A DNA stretch of 62,970 bases, filler included, from Lenisia limosa (Eukaryota > Protista > Breviatea): the NCBI GenBank assembly GCA_001655205.1. It is 11 parts of 11 records of this genome, joined end to end, with 100 filler letters (N's around TTAATTAATTAA, not from the genome) between each part and the next. Parts side by side here need not be neighbours in the genome. Positions count along the whole stretch, not along the records: positions 22,220 to 25,572 come from LPNZ01009084.1; positions 25,673 to 29,763 come from LPNZ01011195.1; positions 29,864 to 36,305 come from LPNZ01009830.1; positions 36,406 to 37,706 come from LPNZ01005518.1; 7 more parts are not named here. One strand, given 5' to 3'. This document shows, piece after piece, positions 25,201 through 36,895 of this stretch. Made by a program: the position numbers and the translations under genes. Each line of letters begins with the position of its first letter. Within the stretch, counting starts at the first letter, position 1. The notes beneath the pieces are model-generated. The model was given only the letters and a program-made list of their open reading frames with translations, did not search any database and was not told where the DNA came from.

Positions 25201-27429
25201 AGCATGCCATATTTCAAATTGCAGGCAACTGCAAGCTGTGTCGCCGGGCTGAGTCTCATTCCCGGCACGGTGATGGTGGAGGCTCGTGGCTTCTCTGATG
25301 GCTCCGTGGCTGTGGCCGTGGCTGTTGGCCCGGTGGAGTCCTACCATATTGGTGAGGGGGGGGGCATGTTGGCGATGTTCGTGGGATTGATTTCAAAGAG
25401 GGACGTGTATATGTCATAACATCATGTGATTGTTTGATAGTGATGGAGAAATTAACATAAGATATATTTGTCTCAAAATAAGGCGTGGTCCTCTTTCGGG
25501 TCATACTCTCTATTAGACGGATATGACATTATCGGTAGATAATGTGTGCATATGTACATGTTTTGATTTCCANNNNNNNNNNNNNNNNNNNNNNNNNNNN
25601 NNNNNNNNNNNNNNNNTTAATTAATTAANNNNNNNNNNNNNNNNNNNNNNNNNNNNNNNNNNNNNNNNNNNNGGTTATTTAATACTACTGAGGGGTATCC
25701 AGTGGAACTCTATTTGGGCTTCCTTAAGGTCCCAAAAAAGACTGAATTTCTCGAGAAATCCTCGATAAATGCCAATATTTTCAGACCGTAGATACTATTG
25801 ATCTCAAGCTTTCTTTTTTTGTTTGTTTGCTTAGGTCTATAAAATTGATTTTATGTTTATGATTTTCAGCTGACACAGTCATTGGTCTGACCCCCCAACG
25901 CCATATGGTAATGTGGAAGTACAACCAGTTTGCAGCAAGTGCCACTTTAACAGGGCATCAGGACCTTGTCGAAGGCCTTGCTTTCGGTTTGTCAAGCTTT
26001 GTTATCAGTCACATATCATATCGAATTAATATTTTATACTATAATCCAATATCTCTGATAGCGTGGTGGTGTGGATGGCTTCGTCCAGATACTACATTAT
26101 TTCTATGTCCCATTGCTATATCGATATATAATAATAGGCGCTAAACCCCAAATTCTGTTTCTACTGTAACACACATAGTCGAGAAGCACCCCCTGCAAAT
26201 TGTGAGTGGCTCAGCTGATGGAACGATTTTCCGTTGGGACCCTCAGCCTGACGCTCTAAACTACAAGTTGGTTGCTATGATTACCTATTATTATAGTATG
26301 ATATGATATATCGATATTCAATGTGCATCAGGTGTAGTAAACTACAAGTACAATTTACATAAGATCATGTATATATCAGTATATCATACACAATCGTGAC
26401 ACGGAATAATGTTTTGGCAGCTCCTCCCATCTACTCCCTGCTCATTTTGGGATTTCCTCAAAACTAAAAAATAAAGTTCCAAGGTAGCGATAATGGCTCA
26501 TTGCTTCAGAAAAGAAGTTATATCTCTGCCCCAGCCTATGGAAGTGGAAGAAGCAGCCATTTCATCGTCTCTCCTATCAAAACGGTATTTTTGGTTGACA
26601 TTTTCCATTAAAGGCCTGTATGTTGCTTAATACTCTGGCATATGGATCATAGTTGATTTACCAAGTTTCATGTGAAAATACAGACCTACTAAATGAATCT
26701 GTGTATTGGGACGTTGGTTCCAAGAAGGGATTTGTCAATAAATCTTCATGAAATGTCGACCCTTTTTGGTTTATTTGTGTAACTATTAATTTTGTGAAGA
26801 AATCAATTAACAAAAATTGAAGTGTCCCACTTAATTTTGAAATATATTTCTCAATCAATTAAAAGGAGCACTGGTTATTTGGCTCACGCAGTAGGCATAC
26901 CGTCATCCCTGCCCATCGCAAGAAGCAATATTCCAAGGCCCTTGCGGCTCGAAGCAACCTTTCGGCAAAGAAGGTTGGAAGGACTGATGATGGAGATTTG
27001 AATAGGTGGGATTTGAATGTTGGGAGATGAATGAAGATATTAATAGTGTGGCCACGTCATGTGTTATGGGGTGTGCCACGTCATGTGTTATGGGGTGTGC
27101 CACGTCATGTGTTATGGTGAGGGGGTATAATGATGAGGAGACGATGGTCTGGATCTATGACGGTGAGGGTGGAGGTTGTATGCTTGTACTGATGCCAGCA
27201 TTCTATCTTTTACCCAACACAATATTCCCAACAATCCCTATTTTCCTCTCCCCAACAATAACCGTATAGATTGCGGCAGCGCAAGCCTCCAAACGAAAGC
27301 TTGGGGTTTTTGCCCTCTGCTACCACACTCCCCTCGACGTACTAATTTCGGGCTTGGAAGATGGCCGGATTGAACTCTGGGCCTACGAGCCTCTCCCGCG
27401 GCTTCAGTACGGCATGAGTGGACCAGAGG
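22220..27429 (+). CDS. Partial WD40-repeat protein preceded by a Pro/Ser-rich disordered region
   Basis: Exons: LWLEGHSSVLAQ, GFSDGSVAV, ATLTGHQDLVEGLAF, LQIVSGSADGTIFRWD, VFALCYHTPLDVLISGLEDGRIELW (GH...WD/W repeats). Spans the linker at 25617. Confidence 0.7.
25715..25790. mobile_element. hAT-type MITE family A, diverged copy
   Basis: GGGCTTCC..AAAAAAGACTGAATTTCTCGAGAAATCCTCGA matches the family consensus; the right TIR is decayed. Confidence 0.6.
27051..27117. repeat. Intronic 24-bp tandem repeat, about 3 copies
   Basis: Unit GCCACGTCATGTGTTATGGGGTGT. Confidence 0.9.
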
Positions 27430-27442
27430 TGAGAGTTATGAT

Positions 27443-27541
27443 TAGGGGTTCCTACGGCCCCAAAAAAGACCGAATATCTCGATAAATCCTCGATAAATAT
27501 CGATTTTAAAATGGTCTTTTTCAAACCGCAGGGAAGCCCTA
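27443..27541. mobile_element. hAT-type MITE family A, full-length copy with a perfect 8-bp TSD
   Basis: TAGGGG...GAAGCCCTA flanked by GTTATGAT on both sides. Confidence 0.85.
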
Positions 27542-27553
27542 GTTATGATACTA

Positions 27554-27623
27554 AGTGACAGGGATGTCTTGACTGATTTATTATTTCCCAAGGAAAAACG
27601 GTCAAGACTTATCCCGGTCACTG
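27554..27623. mobile_element. Tc1/mariner-type MITE family B, copy 2
   Basis: TA|AGTGACAGGGATGTCTTGAC...GGTCAAGACTTATCCCGGTCACTG|TA. Confidence 0.75.
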
Positions 27624-28705
27624 TATGTCTAGAAGATATGCAACATGGTTGCTCACTTACATACTGTATGTTCACGTGTGCGTGTTTGCATTTGCATATG
27701 ATAATATATGTTTCCTATATGATGCCTGTGTGTTTGCTAATGTGTGTTTATACAGTATGTATAAGTATAATTATACTATGATATGATATGAATATAGTAT
27801 ACGCATGTAAAGTGGGTGTATGTTTGTGTGGGTAAGGAAGTTTATTGTTACCGAACACACATATATTTCTAATTTTACCTGTACTCAATTAATACAACAG
27901 TAAGGTGAACACTTACAACAAAGTTCTGCTTGTATCGTGAAAATAGCTTCCCAATACTGCTCAAAAGAACCAAAGTTCTGATACGTTTTTTGATATGTTT
28001 AGGCCCCACAAAAGACCCACCCATGGCAGCAAAAAACCGCAGAGGGTTTGGTTGGAGATAATCGCGCTTTGTTGTTTTTGGCTCTTCTTTAAACGTTCTT
28101 TCTATATATTCCTTTAAACTGCCTTCTTTTAAAAATTCTACTTTGCTATGCTTAACTCTGACGCTTTCAGATATTGATACTGACAACAAGGTTGATGAAG
28201 AGGTTTCCGAGCCCGAATGTAAGCTGTTCGGGCAGTGTAGCATTTTGATATGAAGGATTTTGGATATTGGCTGGGGCGTGAAGAATTTTGAACGTCAGTT
28301 GTTTGGGCATTTTGTGGGGCCCCTTCAATTCCAAAAGGAAGGAAAAGTACAATAATTGATCTTTTCCCACATTGTTTTCAACAATAATTATTCCTCTTTT
28401 GTAACGTGTGTTTTTACAAGAGCATTGTTTTTAAAATTTTTGAGAAAATTTTTGATATTTTTGTAAAGTGTCTGAGATGTCTGAGATGGCATTTTGGTGA
28501 CAGTAATTCCTACTTCTATGTTAAGAAACAGTTAGAGCAGGTTCTATTATNNNNNNNNNNNNNNNNNNNNNNNNNNNNNNNNNNNNNNNNNNNNNNNNNN
28601 NNNNNNNNNNNNNNNNNNNNNNNNNNNNNNNNNNNNNNNNNNNNNNNNNNNNNNNNNNNNNNNNNNNNNNNNNNNNNNNNNNNNNNNNNNNNNNNNNNNN
28701 NNCCA

Positions 28706-31700
28706 TTAACGGTGACAGCTATCCCTTCGGATGCTGATAGCGGAGTTATTGGAAATACAGCAACTCTCAGGGACAACCATGGTGATCTGCTGGTGGGATT
28801 TATGTGTGGATCATATTAATCGTATGCATTGGTTATAATATGTATATATACTAGTATATGATATGAATATGAGAACTATACAGTGACTGGGATAAATCTT
28901 GACCGATTTGCTTTAGGATTTCCTAAGGAAAATCGGTCTCATATGATATATAATGTATAATATATCAAGTATCTATACAACCTCAAATAAGTTTGCTCTT
29001 TTCCTGTCACCCACCCCCAGACCTCCAATCTAGGCACCGACCGAATCGGTGGTCTTGCCATTCAGCCTGTGCCAACCGAGGGCGAGTGCCACAAGGCCAG
29101 AGTATCCCAAGGTGGGGGGGGGGTAGCTTCTTGAACCTCCTTTTCTAGGGGTAGCTTCTTGAACCTCCTTTTCTATATTATTGGGTTTTATTTTTATAGC
29201 TGTTGCGTTTTGCTGGAGGAGAGAACACTTTGTGGTAAGTTCTATGGAGTTGCAACACTAGTGTGAAATACAACTGATAGATATGGTGTATTTGACCGAA
29301 ATTATTCCCATACTTACGATATAGCTGACGTGCTCTTGGGACTGTTCGTTCAAGGTCGGGGGGGGGGGGGNNNNNNNNNNNNNNNNNNNNNNNNNNNNNN
29401 NNNNNNNNNNNNNNNNNNNNNNNNNNNNNNNNNNNNNNNNNNNNNNNNNNNCGTCGTACCTAAAATAAATAATAAATAGGGCTTCACTTCGGTTCGAAAA
29501 TCCCGGTAAAATATCGATAATTTTCGAAGATTTATTGAGAAATTCAGTCTTTTTTCGAACCGAAGTGAAGCCAATAATATCCTTCGAAAACATACTGCCA
29601 TTCATCATCTATCACCGTCCAACAAATTACCGTCTCAACCTCTATTCCACCCAATCACCCAGCATCGTCCAATCACTATCATATGACCCCACCAGGTGTG
29701 GGACCTCCGTCAAGGCACCTGTTTGTTCACGGCTCAAAATGCCCATGACGGGCCTATTCATGANNNNNNNNNNNNNNNNNNNNNNNNNNNNNNNNNNNNN
29801 NNNNNNNTTAATTAATTAANNNNNNNNNNNNNNNNNNNNNNNNNNNNNNNNNNNNNNNNNNNNCCCCCCCCCCCTCTTAGGACCCTACAAACCAGTTCTC
29901 GGACTGCGAGTGTGTGGGCGGTGCGGCCTACAATGCAGAGGCCACTGAATGTCTGCCATGCTCTCCAGGGTCCTTCCTGCCCCCTCACACCACCGGGTCT
30001 TGTATCGCTTGTGACGAGTCAACCGAGAGCCTAGTAGGGGGGGGGGGGCAGAATCAAGTTTGAAATTGTGGTTTGNNNNNNNNNNNNNNNNNNNNNNNNN
30101 NNNNNNNNNNNNNNNNNNNNNNNNNNNNNNNNNNNNNNNNNNNNNNNNNNNNNNNNNNNNNNNNNNNNNNNNNNNNNNNNNNNNNNNNNNNNNNNNNNNN
30201 NNNNNNNNNNNNNNNNNNNNNNNNNNNNNNNNNNNNNNNNNNNNNNNNNNNNNNNNNNNNNNNNNNNNNNNNNNNNNNNNNNNNNNNNNNNNNNNNNNNN
30301 NNNNNNNNNNTTAACCTCCCAGACCTCAGCTGCGGATAGCAAGGACTATTGTCGCTGTAAAAGTGGCTATTATCTGGATGAGGGTAGGCCGAATGTAATC
30401 TGTACAATTGAAATGACCCTCTTGCTGTTCTAACCCTTGTGTGTTGTCAGCCAAAAGAGTTTATTTTGGGCTTCTTTTTTAATAATTTTCAATTTCACCC
30501 CCCAGATTCCGGCTCCACATCGACCACGACAGCGGTGGTGTGCGCAGAGTGTCCTCTTGGCGCTATTTGCCCGGGTAGGATGCGGGGGATACCAGGTTGT
30601 TTGTACTGATAAGGACCTTCTTTTGGTGTATGTTCAACGGGGGTGGGGGGGAGATATTCGTTGAAGGGTATAAGCACTGCCAAAACAGCAGTAATTAGTT
30701 AATTTGCAGTGCAATATTTGATATTTTGAAATTCAACGGATTGTCTATTGCTTACTTTGCCACTTGGCCATTAATTACTTTTAAGGAGGGACGACTCAGC
30801 CAGAAGCGTCAGCAGGGTACTTCCCACTGGAATCTGGAACCTACATTACGTGTCCAAATAAGCAAGCTTCCTGTTTAGGAAAGTAGGCGGGACAAAAAAA
30901 AAATTCCTGGTCTCAGACATGTAAAAAGACGACCCAATATCTGATAATTGACCGGTCTTTATAACTGTAGCCCCCCTTCTCCAAACCCTTCCAACATTCC
31001 GCTGAATCCTCCTTTACCGCCTAACATATCAGCGGGGAATGTGCTGAAGGCTACTCCGGCCAACTTTGTGGAGAATGCGAGGCAAACTACTACAAGTCCA
31101 ACCTATCCTGCTACAAGTGCTCAGGTTTGCTGAGGTCCTTATTGAGCCTCCTCCCCTAATCCCACCAAATCCCACATGTGTATTGANNNNNNNNNNNNNN
31201 NNNNNNNNNNNNNNNNNNNNNNNNNNNNNNNNNNNNNNNNNNNNNNNNNNNNNNNNNNNNNNNNNNNNNNNNNNNNNNNNNNNNNNNNNNNNNNNNNNNN
31301 NNNNNNNNNNNNNNNNNNNNNNNNNNNNNNNNNNNNNNNNNNNNNNNNNNNNNNNNNNNNNNNNNNNNNNNNNNNNNNNNNNNNNNNNNNNNNNNNNNNN
31401 NNNNNNNNNNNNNNNNNNNNNNNNNNNNNNNNNNNNNNNNNNNNNNNNNNNNNNNNNNNNNNNNNNNNNNNNNNNNNNNNNNNNNNNNNNNNNNNNNNNN
31501 NNNNNGCTCAAGGACGTTCTAACAACGCTAACGGTCGTCAATCTCAATTTAGAAGTAAGCCGTCTAGTGTTGCGGGCTTCCCTACAGTACCCAAAGCCAA
31601 AACGCAAGTTCTCGATAAATTCTCGATAAAATCTGTAGTATCCGAAACCTTAAACCATACAGTATGACTCTGATTCTTCAGATTGCTCGGCCTGAATGCG

Positions 31701-33977
31701 GGCTTTCAATGCACCTTGATTACTTCACGTTCTACATTCTGAAGCTGATGGTTGTCCCCCTCTCCATTCTCATCATCGTTCTTCTTGCAGTCATTGCATA
31801 CTTCGTGACTAAAGGTGAGAAGCCATCGCAATTAGCAATCCTTAATGAAGCCCATTTGAGATCAACCCTCAAGTGCTTATGTATTTTCCCCCAATCTTTT
31901 CTTAATTTCCTTTCCGCATTTGATTGGAAGTTCTTCACCCCTTCAGACTACGCTTCAGCCAAATCATCATGTATCCGAACGACAATGCTCACTCTTGCGC
32001 TCTTCTATATGCCTGCATGCTTGGTGAGCTGGCACTTGAAAAACTCAGATTATGATAAACAATATTGAAATGTTCAAATTTCCTCTTCTTACTTTTAGGT
32101 TGCTTTGGATTATTTCTACTGTGAAGAAAAACAGGGCATATGGTACCTCAAATCAAGTAGGTTTCAGTTGTTTTGTCGACATAACTGAGTATGAAATATT
32201 AATTGAAGGGTGCTCTTGACAATTTCAATGTAGTGATTACTTCACTTCGGTCCCAAAAAGACTGCTAAACTAACGTATCATATAGTTTATACCTCTGCTG
32301 ATATCTGACATCCGCAGACCCCTCAGTGACCTGTTTCGAAGGAAACCATAAGGACAATCAAACTCTGGCTATCATTGCACTTCGTAGGCTACCAAGGGGC
32401 NNNNNNNNNNNNNNNNNNNNNNNNNNNNNNNNNNNNNNNNNNNNNNNNNNNNNNNNNNNNNNNNNNNNNNNNNNNNNNNNNNNNNNNNNNNNNNNNNNNN
32501 GCATACCAGCTGTTCTTGCCTATATCCTTTTGACAAAGCTCTGGAGTATAGAATCAAGGTCCAATGACATCAACATTTCAAGGTATGGACTTCATATTCC
32601 TGTCAGACTCGAGGTATTACATGACTGTATTCTGATACTATGTTATGGATTGCCGCCAAGTAGATAACCTGTTGTTTTTGCTCAGTACAACCAGTGTCAC
32701 CTACCCCTGTGTAGATACGGCTTCCTATATGGCCGATTCAAGGAGTCTGCGTTCTACTTCGAAATCCTTATTATGCTAAGAACTCTCATTGCGTGTGCTG
32801 CTTTGAAGGTATGCTAACGAATGGTGATGCATATGATACGGTCTGTGTTCCCTTGTACAATGGCGTGATGCGATATAGACTTTTCTGAGTGTTGTTGACT
32901 ATCATGTTTTCAGATGCCATTCATACATTTTCATAAGTGTACACTGCCAAACAAGCTCATTGTTCACCAATAACACATCTCCAGGTACTTCGACACCCCG
33001 TATCCCAGGCCGTGGTTATGCTCCTGGCTCTCCAGGTCGCTATCACCGTCCAATCCAGCATCAAGCCGTTTAGGTGCCTGGGGCATGGGATCACAGATTA
33101 ATGGTGCAATACTCTTTTCAAATGGAAGAAATTGCCCACAAAGTAACCTTAATATCATGCTGGAGCGATTGGATGCAGTGCTACAGAAGCAACTGGCCTG
33201 TACCTTGTTTTTTTTGTTTTTTTTCTACCCTTATGTGTTTATCAAAGGCTTAGCCAACATAGTTGATCTGGGGGGGGGGGGNNNNNNNNNNNNNNNNNNN
33301 NNNNNNNNNNNNNNNNNNNNNNNNNNNNNNNNNNNNNNNNNNNNNNNNNNNNNNNNNNNNNNNNNNNNNNNNNNNNNNNNNNNNNNNNNNNNNNNNNNTT
33401 GAGCGGTTTGGCCTGATCCTCAACTCGGCCACCCTCCTAGCTGGTATGGCGTTCTACGGCCAAACGCTCACCGGCGTGGCTTCTGACGTCCTTGTGGCCC
33501 TTGTCCTGGTGGGGGAGTGTGGTCCTGATTAATCGAGGGTGAAAGGTGTTCTATCTCCACAGAAACAAGGTTGTGTTTGGCTGAAGCCTTCCACGGGGGG
33601 GAGGGGGTTGGCTGGTGTTTTGCTGGTGATTGGTGGCAAGGGCAAGGATGAAGTTGTTCTAATATGATGTTTATTGATGATTTTGTCCTAAATTTACGTT
33701 TACCATCCCAGGTCTGTCTGTGCCTGACAGTGCTCTTTGTTGCTTACGCCATATACTCCGAGCGTGAGCTGCAAGCTGTTGAGGCGGATCAGAACAAGAA
33801 GAAGCCTGATAAACTGGAGGAACTCGTGTCTTCCGGCTGGGGGGGCACGTTGGGCAAAGGTGGGGCTGTATTCCCTATGTCCCCTGCCTCTTTGTACATT
33901 CTCATTCCTTCATACCTTTAGACAGTATGGATCTTGGCTCTGCTGATTTCGAGACGTCTGAATACACCACAATGTAG
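28706..33977 (+). CDS. Cys-rich (GCC2/GCC3, TNFR/EGF-like) ectodomain plus multi-pass membrane protein; 5' end unresolved
   Basis: CLPCSPGSFLPPHTTGSCIACD, CRCKSGYY, CAECPLGAICPG and CAEGYSGQLCGECEANYYK, followed by several hydrophobic exons (FTFYILKLMVVPLSILIIVLLAVIAY; YGFLYGRFKESAFYFEILIMLR). Ends ETSEYTTM-TAG. Confidence 0.75.
28881..28938. mobile_element. Tc1/mariner-type MITE family B, copy 3 (right TIR truncated)
   Basis: TA|CAGTGACTGGGATAAATCTTGACCGATTT...AAATCGGTC. Confidence 0.75.
29477..29573. mobile_element. hAT-type MITE family A copy (intronic)
   Basis: TAGGGCTTCACTTCGGTTCGAAAA...TTTTCGAACCGAAGTGAAGCC; flanks ATAATAAA / ATAATATC. Confidence 0.85.
31573..31655. mobile_element. 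hAT-type MITE family A, strongly diverged copy (a further fragment lies at 32240-32264)
   Basis: GGGCTTCC...TTCTCGATAAATTCTCGATAAA internal motif; fragment CTTCACTTCGGTCCCAAAAAGACTG. Confidence 0.45.
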
Positions 33978-34220
33978 TTTTGTTGTTTGGTTCATGCTTC
34001 TTTTATGTTTTTTCATCCAATGATGTTTCGTTTTATTGTGTATTGTTAGTAATGTAAAAATTATGTTCGATTAATTATTTTAAAATAAAAAGATCGAGCA
34101 GGAATGAAAGTAGAAAAATAATAATCAAAAAAGCAGAAAAAAAAGTGAAAAAAATATGAAAAAAAAAAAAGTGAAAAATATGAAGAAAAAAAAGAAGGAA
34201 AAGACAATATCTATAAAAAA

Positions 34221-34292
34221 GGGGTCATCCGGGGATCGATCCCGGGACCTCTCGCACCCTAAGCGAGAATCATACCACTAGACCAACAACCC
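34221..34292 (-). tRNA. trnP: tRNA-Pro (anticodon AGG), intronless
   Basis: GGGTTGTTGGTCTAGTGGTATGATTCTCGCTTAGGGTGCGAGAGGTCCCGGGATCGATCCCCGGATGACCCC folds as a cloverleaf. Anticodon arm CTCGC-TT-AGG-GT-GCGAG; followed immediately by a T6 Pol III terminator. Confidence 0.95.
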
Positions 34293-34428
34293 TCACGAAA
34301 ATTAAAAAACAATTTGTAATTTTTGATCATGATCCTAAAAAATTTAATAAATTCTGGGGGTAAAATTATCCATTGTTTAACTTTCTTCGTCATTAAACTG
34401 ATGGACAAATCACCTCTGGAGAAATATA

Positions 34429-36720
34429 ATGGGAAACGAACACTGCTATAACAGTGATGGTGAATTTGAGGATTGTGAACAGTATGGAGGCATCCCTCTG
34501 AAGTTCCACCTCTTCATTGTATTTATTTTCTTCTTATACTTCTTTTGGAGGTCGCTTATCATGCTTGGTTTGTTGTTTCCACTTATGGCCATGATCTCAC
34601 TCATCCCAGGAGGAACCTATCCTGGACGTATTTACCGCTACATTATGGACCCTCTGAGGTATAAGCTGCATCAAAGTGTTGCCGAAGAGGTATATAGATC
34701 CTGGATTTCAACTTCTCACAACAACTACCAACCTTCAGATGCTTTTCTCTTTTTAGCTTGTTCTAAAAATGTATACTGTATGTCCATTTTCACCCACACC
34801 CAGGTTGAAAGACAGGAAGCTAAGTCAGTTCTTGACATTTGTTCAGGTGGGTGGTGAATGGACTAGGTAATATTCTGAACCCGAAAGTGCGCAAGTAACA
34901 ACTCCGGATTGAATTAAGTGTATTAATGCTTCTCAAATGAATATTTTTGTTAAAGCAAAATATGCAATAATTGAGAAGTTGTATTCTGGACATTCTAATA
35001 AGTATGTTGAACCAGCATTCCTAACAACTTTCCATGGGTTGTCTGCAAGATTGTTCATTTTGTTAACACGGTTTTTATGATGTGTGTGTGGTTTGAACGG
35101 CACATGTTCTTACCTTTTTTAGGGACTGGCCAACTTGCCCGTCTCATTGTCCGCAACAAGACAGTGGAGAAGATCACCTGTGTTGACAGCTCTCCAAAGG
35201 TGCGAGTATTGTTCAACTTGTGCTCTTTTGTGAGATATATTTCTTACATTACAGATGCTGTATTTCATTGAAGACAAAATGGCCTCGGATAAGGCGTTTG
35301 GAGAGGCATGTGAGCCGTTCTTGAGGGACGTTTCAGAGGTGGGACTATTGGGGAAGCAAACAGGAGTAATATTTTTCGTTCCAAGGAAGGAAATTCGTGA
35401 GATAGATACCTCCAACATATTTGTCTTTCTTATAACTTCATACATTATTAAACCTTTCTTTTGTCATTTTCACTCTCCAGTTCCTTGATGACTCTGAGAA
35501 TGAGCATTGGGACGTCGGTACTTGTGTGTTCGGAATGCACGAAATGANNNNNNNNNNNNNNNNNNNNNNNNNNNNNNNNNNNNNNNNNNNNNNNNNNNNN
35601 NNNNNNNNNNNNNNNNNNNNNNNNNNNNNNNNNNNNNNNNNNNNNNNNNCGATATTTTGCAGGTTGCCTTTTCCATATTCCATGTGACACAGCTAATACA
35701 CGATGTAGTACTACAACAATGACAGGATTTCCCGAAAAACACAACAATTATTGAGATAAAACAGGGTAGTAAAAAGAACCGTTCCTTTGTTCAAAGGACA
35801 ATATATTGAGTGTATGTATGGGTATAATAATCTAACTCAGAATTGTAGCACGTTTTTTTATGGGGGGTGGGGCTGAATATTCAACGATAATGGATGTCCT
35901 CCAATACACTTTTTAGAAATGGAAAGCTTCATAGGTATGTATTTGTCATAATGCGTGCAGTCTTTAGTTGGACAGAAAAAAGACATCAATGTTGGAGATA
36001 TCTACCTCACGAATTTCCTTCCTTGGAGAATTTTGTTTTACCAGCTGTAGTGACGACCGAGTTTCAATCCTCATGAAGCTGTCAGAACGATGTGATAAAA
36101 TCCTTGTGATTGGTATGCTGATTGGATTGGGGACGCTGTCATGAATTGAAGGTTTCGCCAACCTTTTATGCTTCATTCCTCACCGTGCAGACTACAAGGA
36201 CAAAGCGTCAAAATTAAACTACGTGCCATACTTCTTTGAGTTTGTCTCCGGCCAAACGCACTTCAACAGGTTCACGTCCTTCTTAGAGGAGGGCGGAATC
36301 CCTGCNNNNNNNNNNNNNNNNNNNNNNNNNNNNNNNNNNNNNNNNNNNNTTAATTAATTAANNNNNNNNNNNNNNNNNNNNNNNNNNNNNNNNNNNNNNN
36401 NNNNNCCCCCCCCAGGTTCTGATGGAGTTGAAAGTGGTTTAAGTGAGGGCTAGCTCCCCCCCCCCCAGTAATGGTATTATTTGTTTTGTTTGGAATGTAT
36501 CAGTTGTACGGTAGTAGAAGACTGGTACTCTGGATCCCAAAATCTCCCCTTGAGTTTAACACACAAGCGTCGCTTGGAGCCCCTGGAGGGTACAGTGGAA
36601 GACTGGGAACTTATGAGGTGAAGCGGGGGTGGGGGGAATGCACCTTATAAAACCACAGCACAGAAACCTTAATCCAATATCTCTTATAAGCGTGATGGAC
36701 GGCCTGCCAGATACAACCCT
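34429..36720 (+). CDS. Class I SAM-dependent methyltransferase (bacterial UbiE/Methyltransf-like) with a hydrophobic N-terminus
   Basis: RIYRYIMDPLRYKLHQ, motif I VLDICSG|TGQLA, ITCVDSSPK, WDVGTCVFGMHEM, ILVI|DY and FEFVSGQTHFNRFTSFLEEGGIP. Multiple GT-AG introns; the 3' end crosses the linker at 36350. Confidence 0.7.
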
Positions 36721-36782
36721 ATTTTTTATTTCTCATTGCAATATACTTTATCATATATGACGATATGGGAGAGGGTGAGAAG

Positions 36783-36860
36783 TGGGGCTTCACTTCAGTT
36801 CGAAAAATACGGAGGATTTATCGAGAAATTCAGTCTCTTTCGAACCAAAGTGAAGCCTTA
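36783..36860. mobile_element. hAT-type MITE family A copy with a perfect TSD, between convergent genes
   Basis: GTGAGAAG|TGGGGCTTCACTTCAG...CAAAGTGAAGCCTTA|GTGAGAAG. Confidence 0.88.
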
Positions 36861-36895
36861 GTGAGAAGTTAAATAAGTTACATTTCCATCCACTA

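Noticed and set aside
27875-28243. Standalone 122-aa ORF on the - strand
   Set aside because: No recognisable domain or clear splice context; it may be intergenic or antisense to 5' exons of the Cys-rich gene.
29477-29573. MITE as tRNA or SINE because of GGTTCGAA
   Set aside because: There is no cloverleaf or A-box, and the motif is part of a perfect TIR with 8-bp TSDs.
30060-31629. ORFs made mostly of X (also at 22458-23039 and 56178-56605)
   Set aside because: They are artefacts of translating through N gaps.
32522-32531. U12-type AT-AC donor ATATCCTTTT
   Set aside because: It lies within an open hydrophobic exon (LAYILL), and no matching branch site or AC acceptor was found.
34429-35300. 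HEN1 small-RNA methyltransferase
   Set aside because: It lacks the FxPPLYxQR and ExIEH motifs; the downstream motifs fit a different class I methyltransferase group.
36775-36868. hAT MITE acting as an introner (TSD begins GTGAG; element end plus TSD gives CCTTAG)
   Set aside because: Splicing from GT to that AG would not restore the pre-insertion sequence exactly, and the other copies lie inside larger existing introns.
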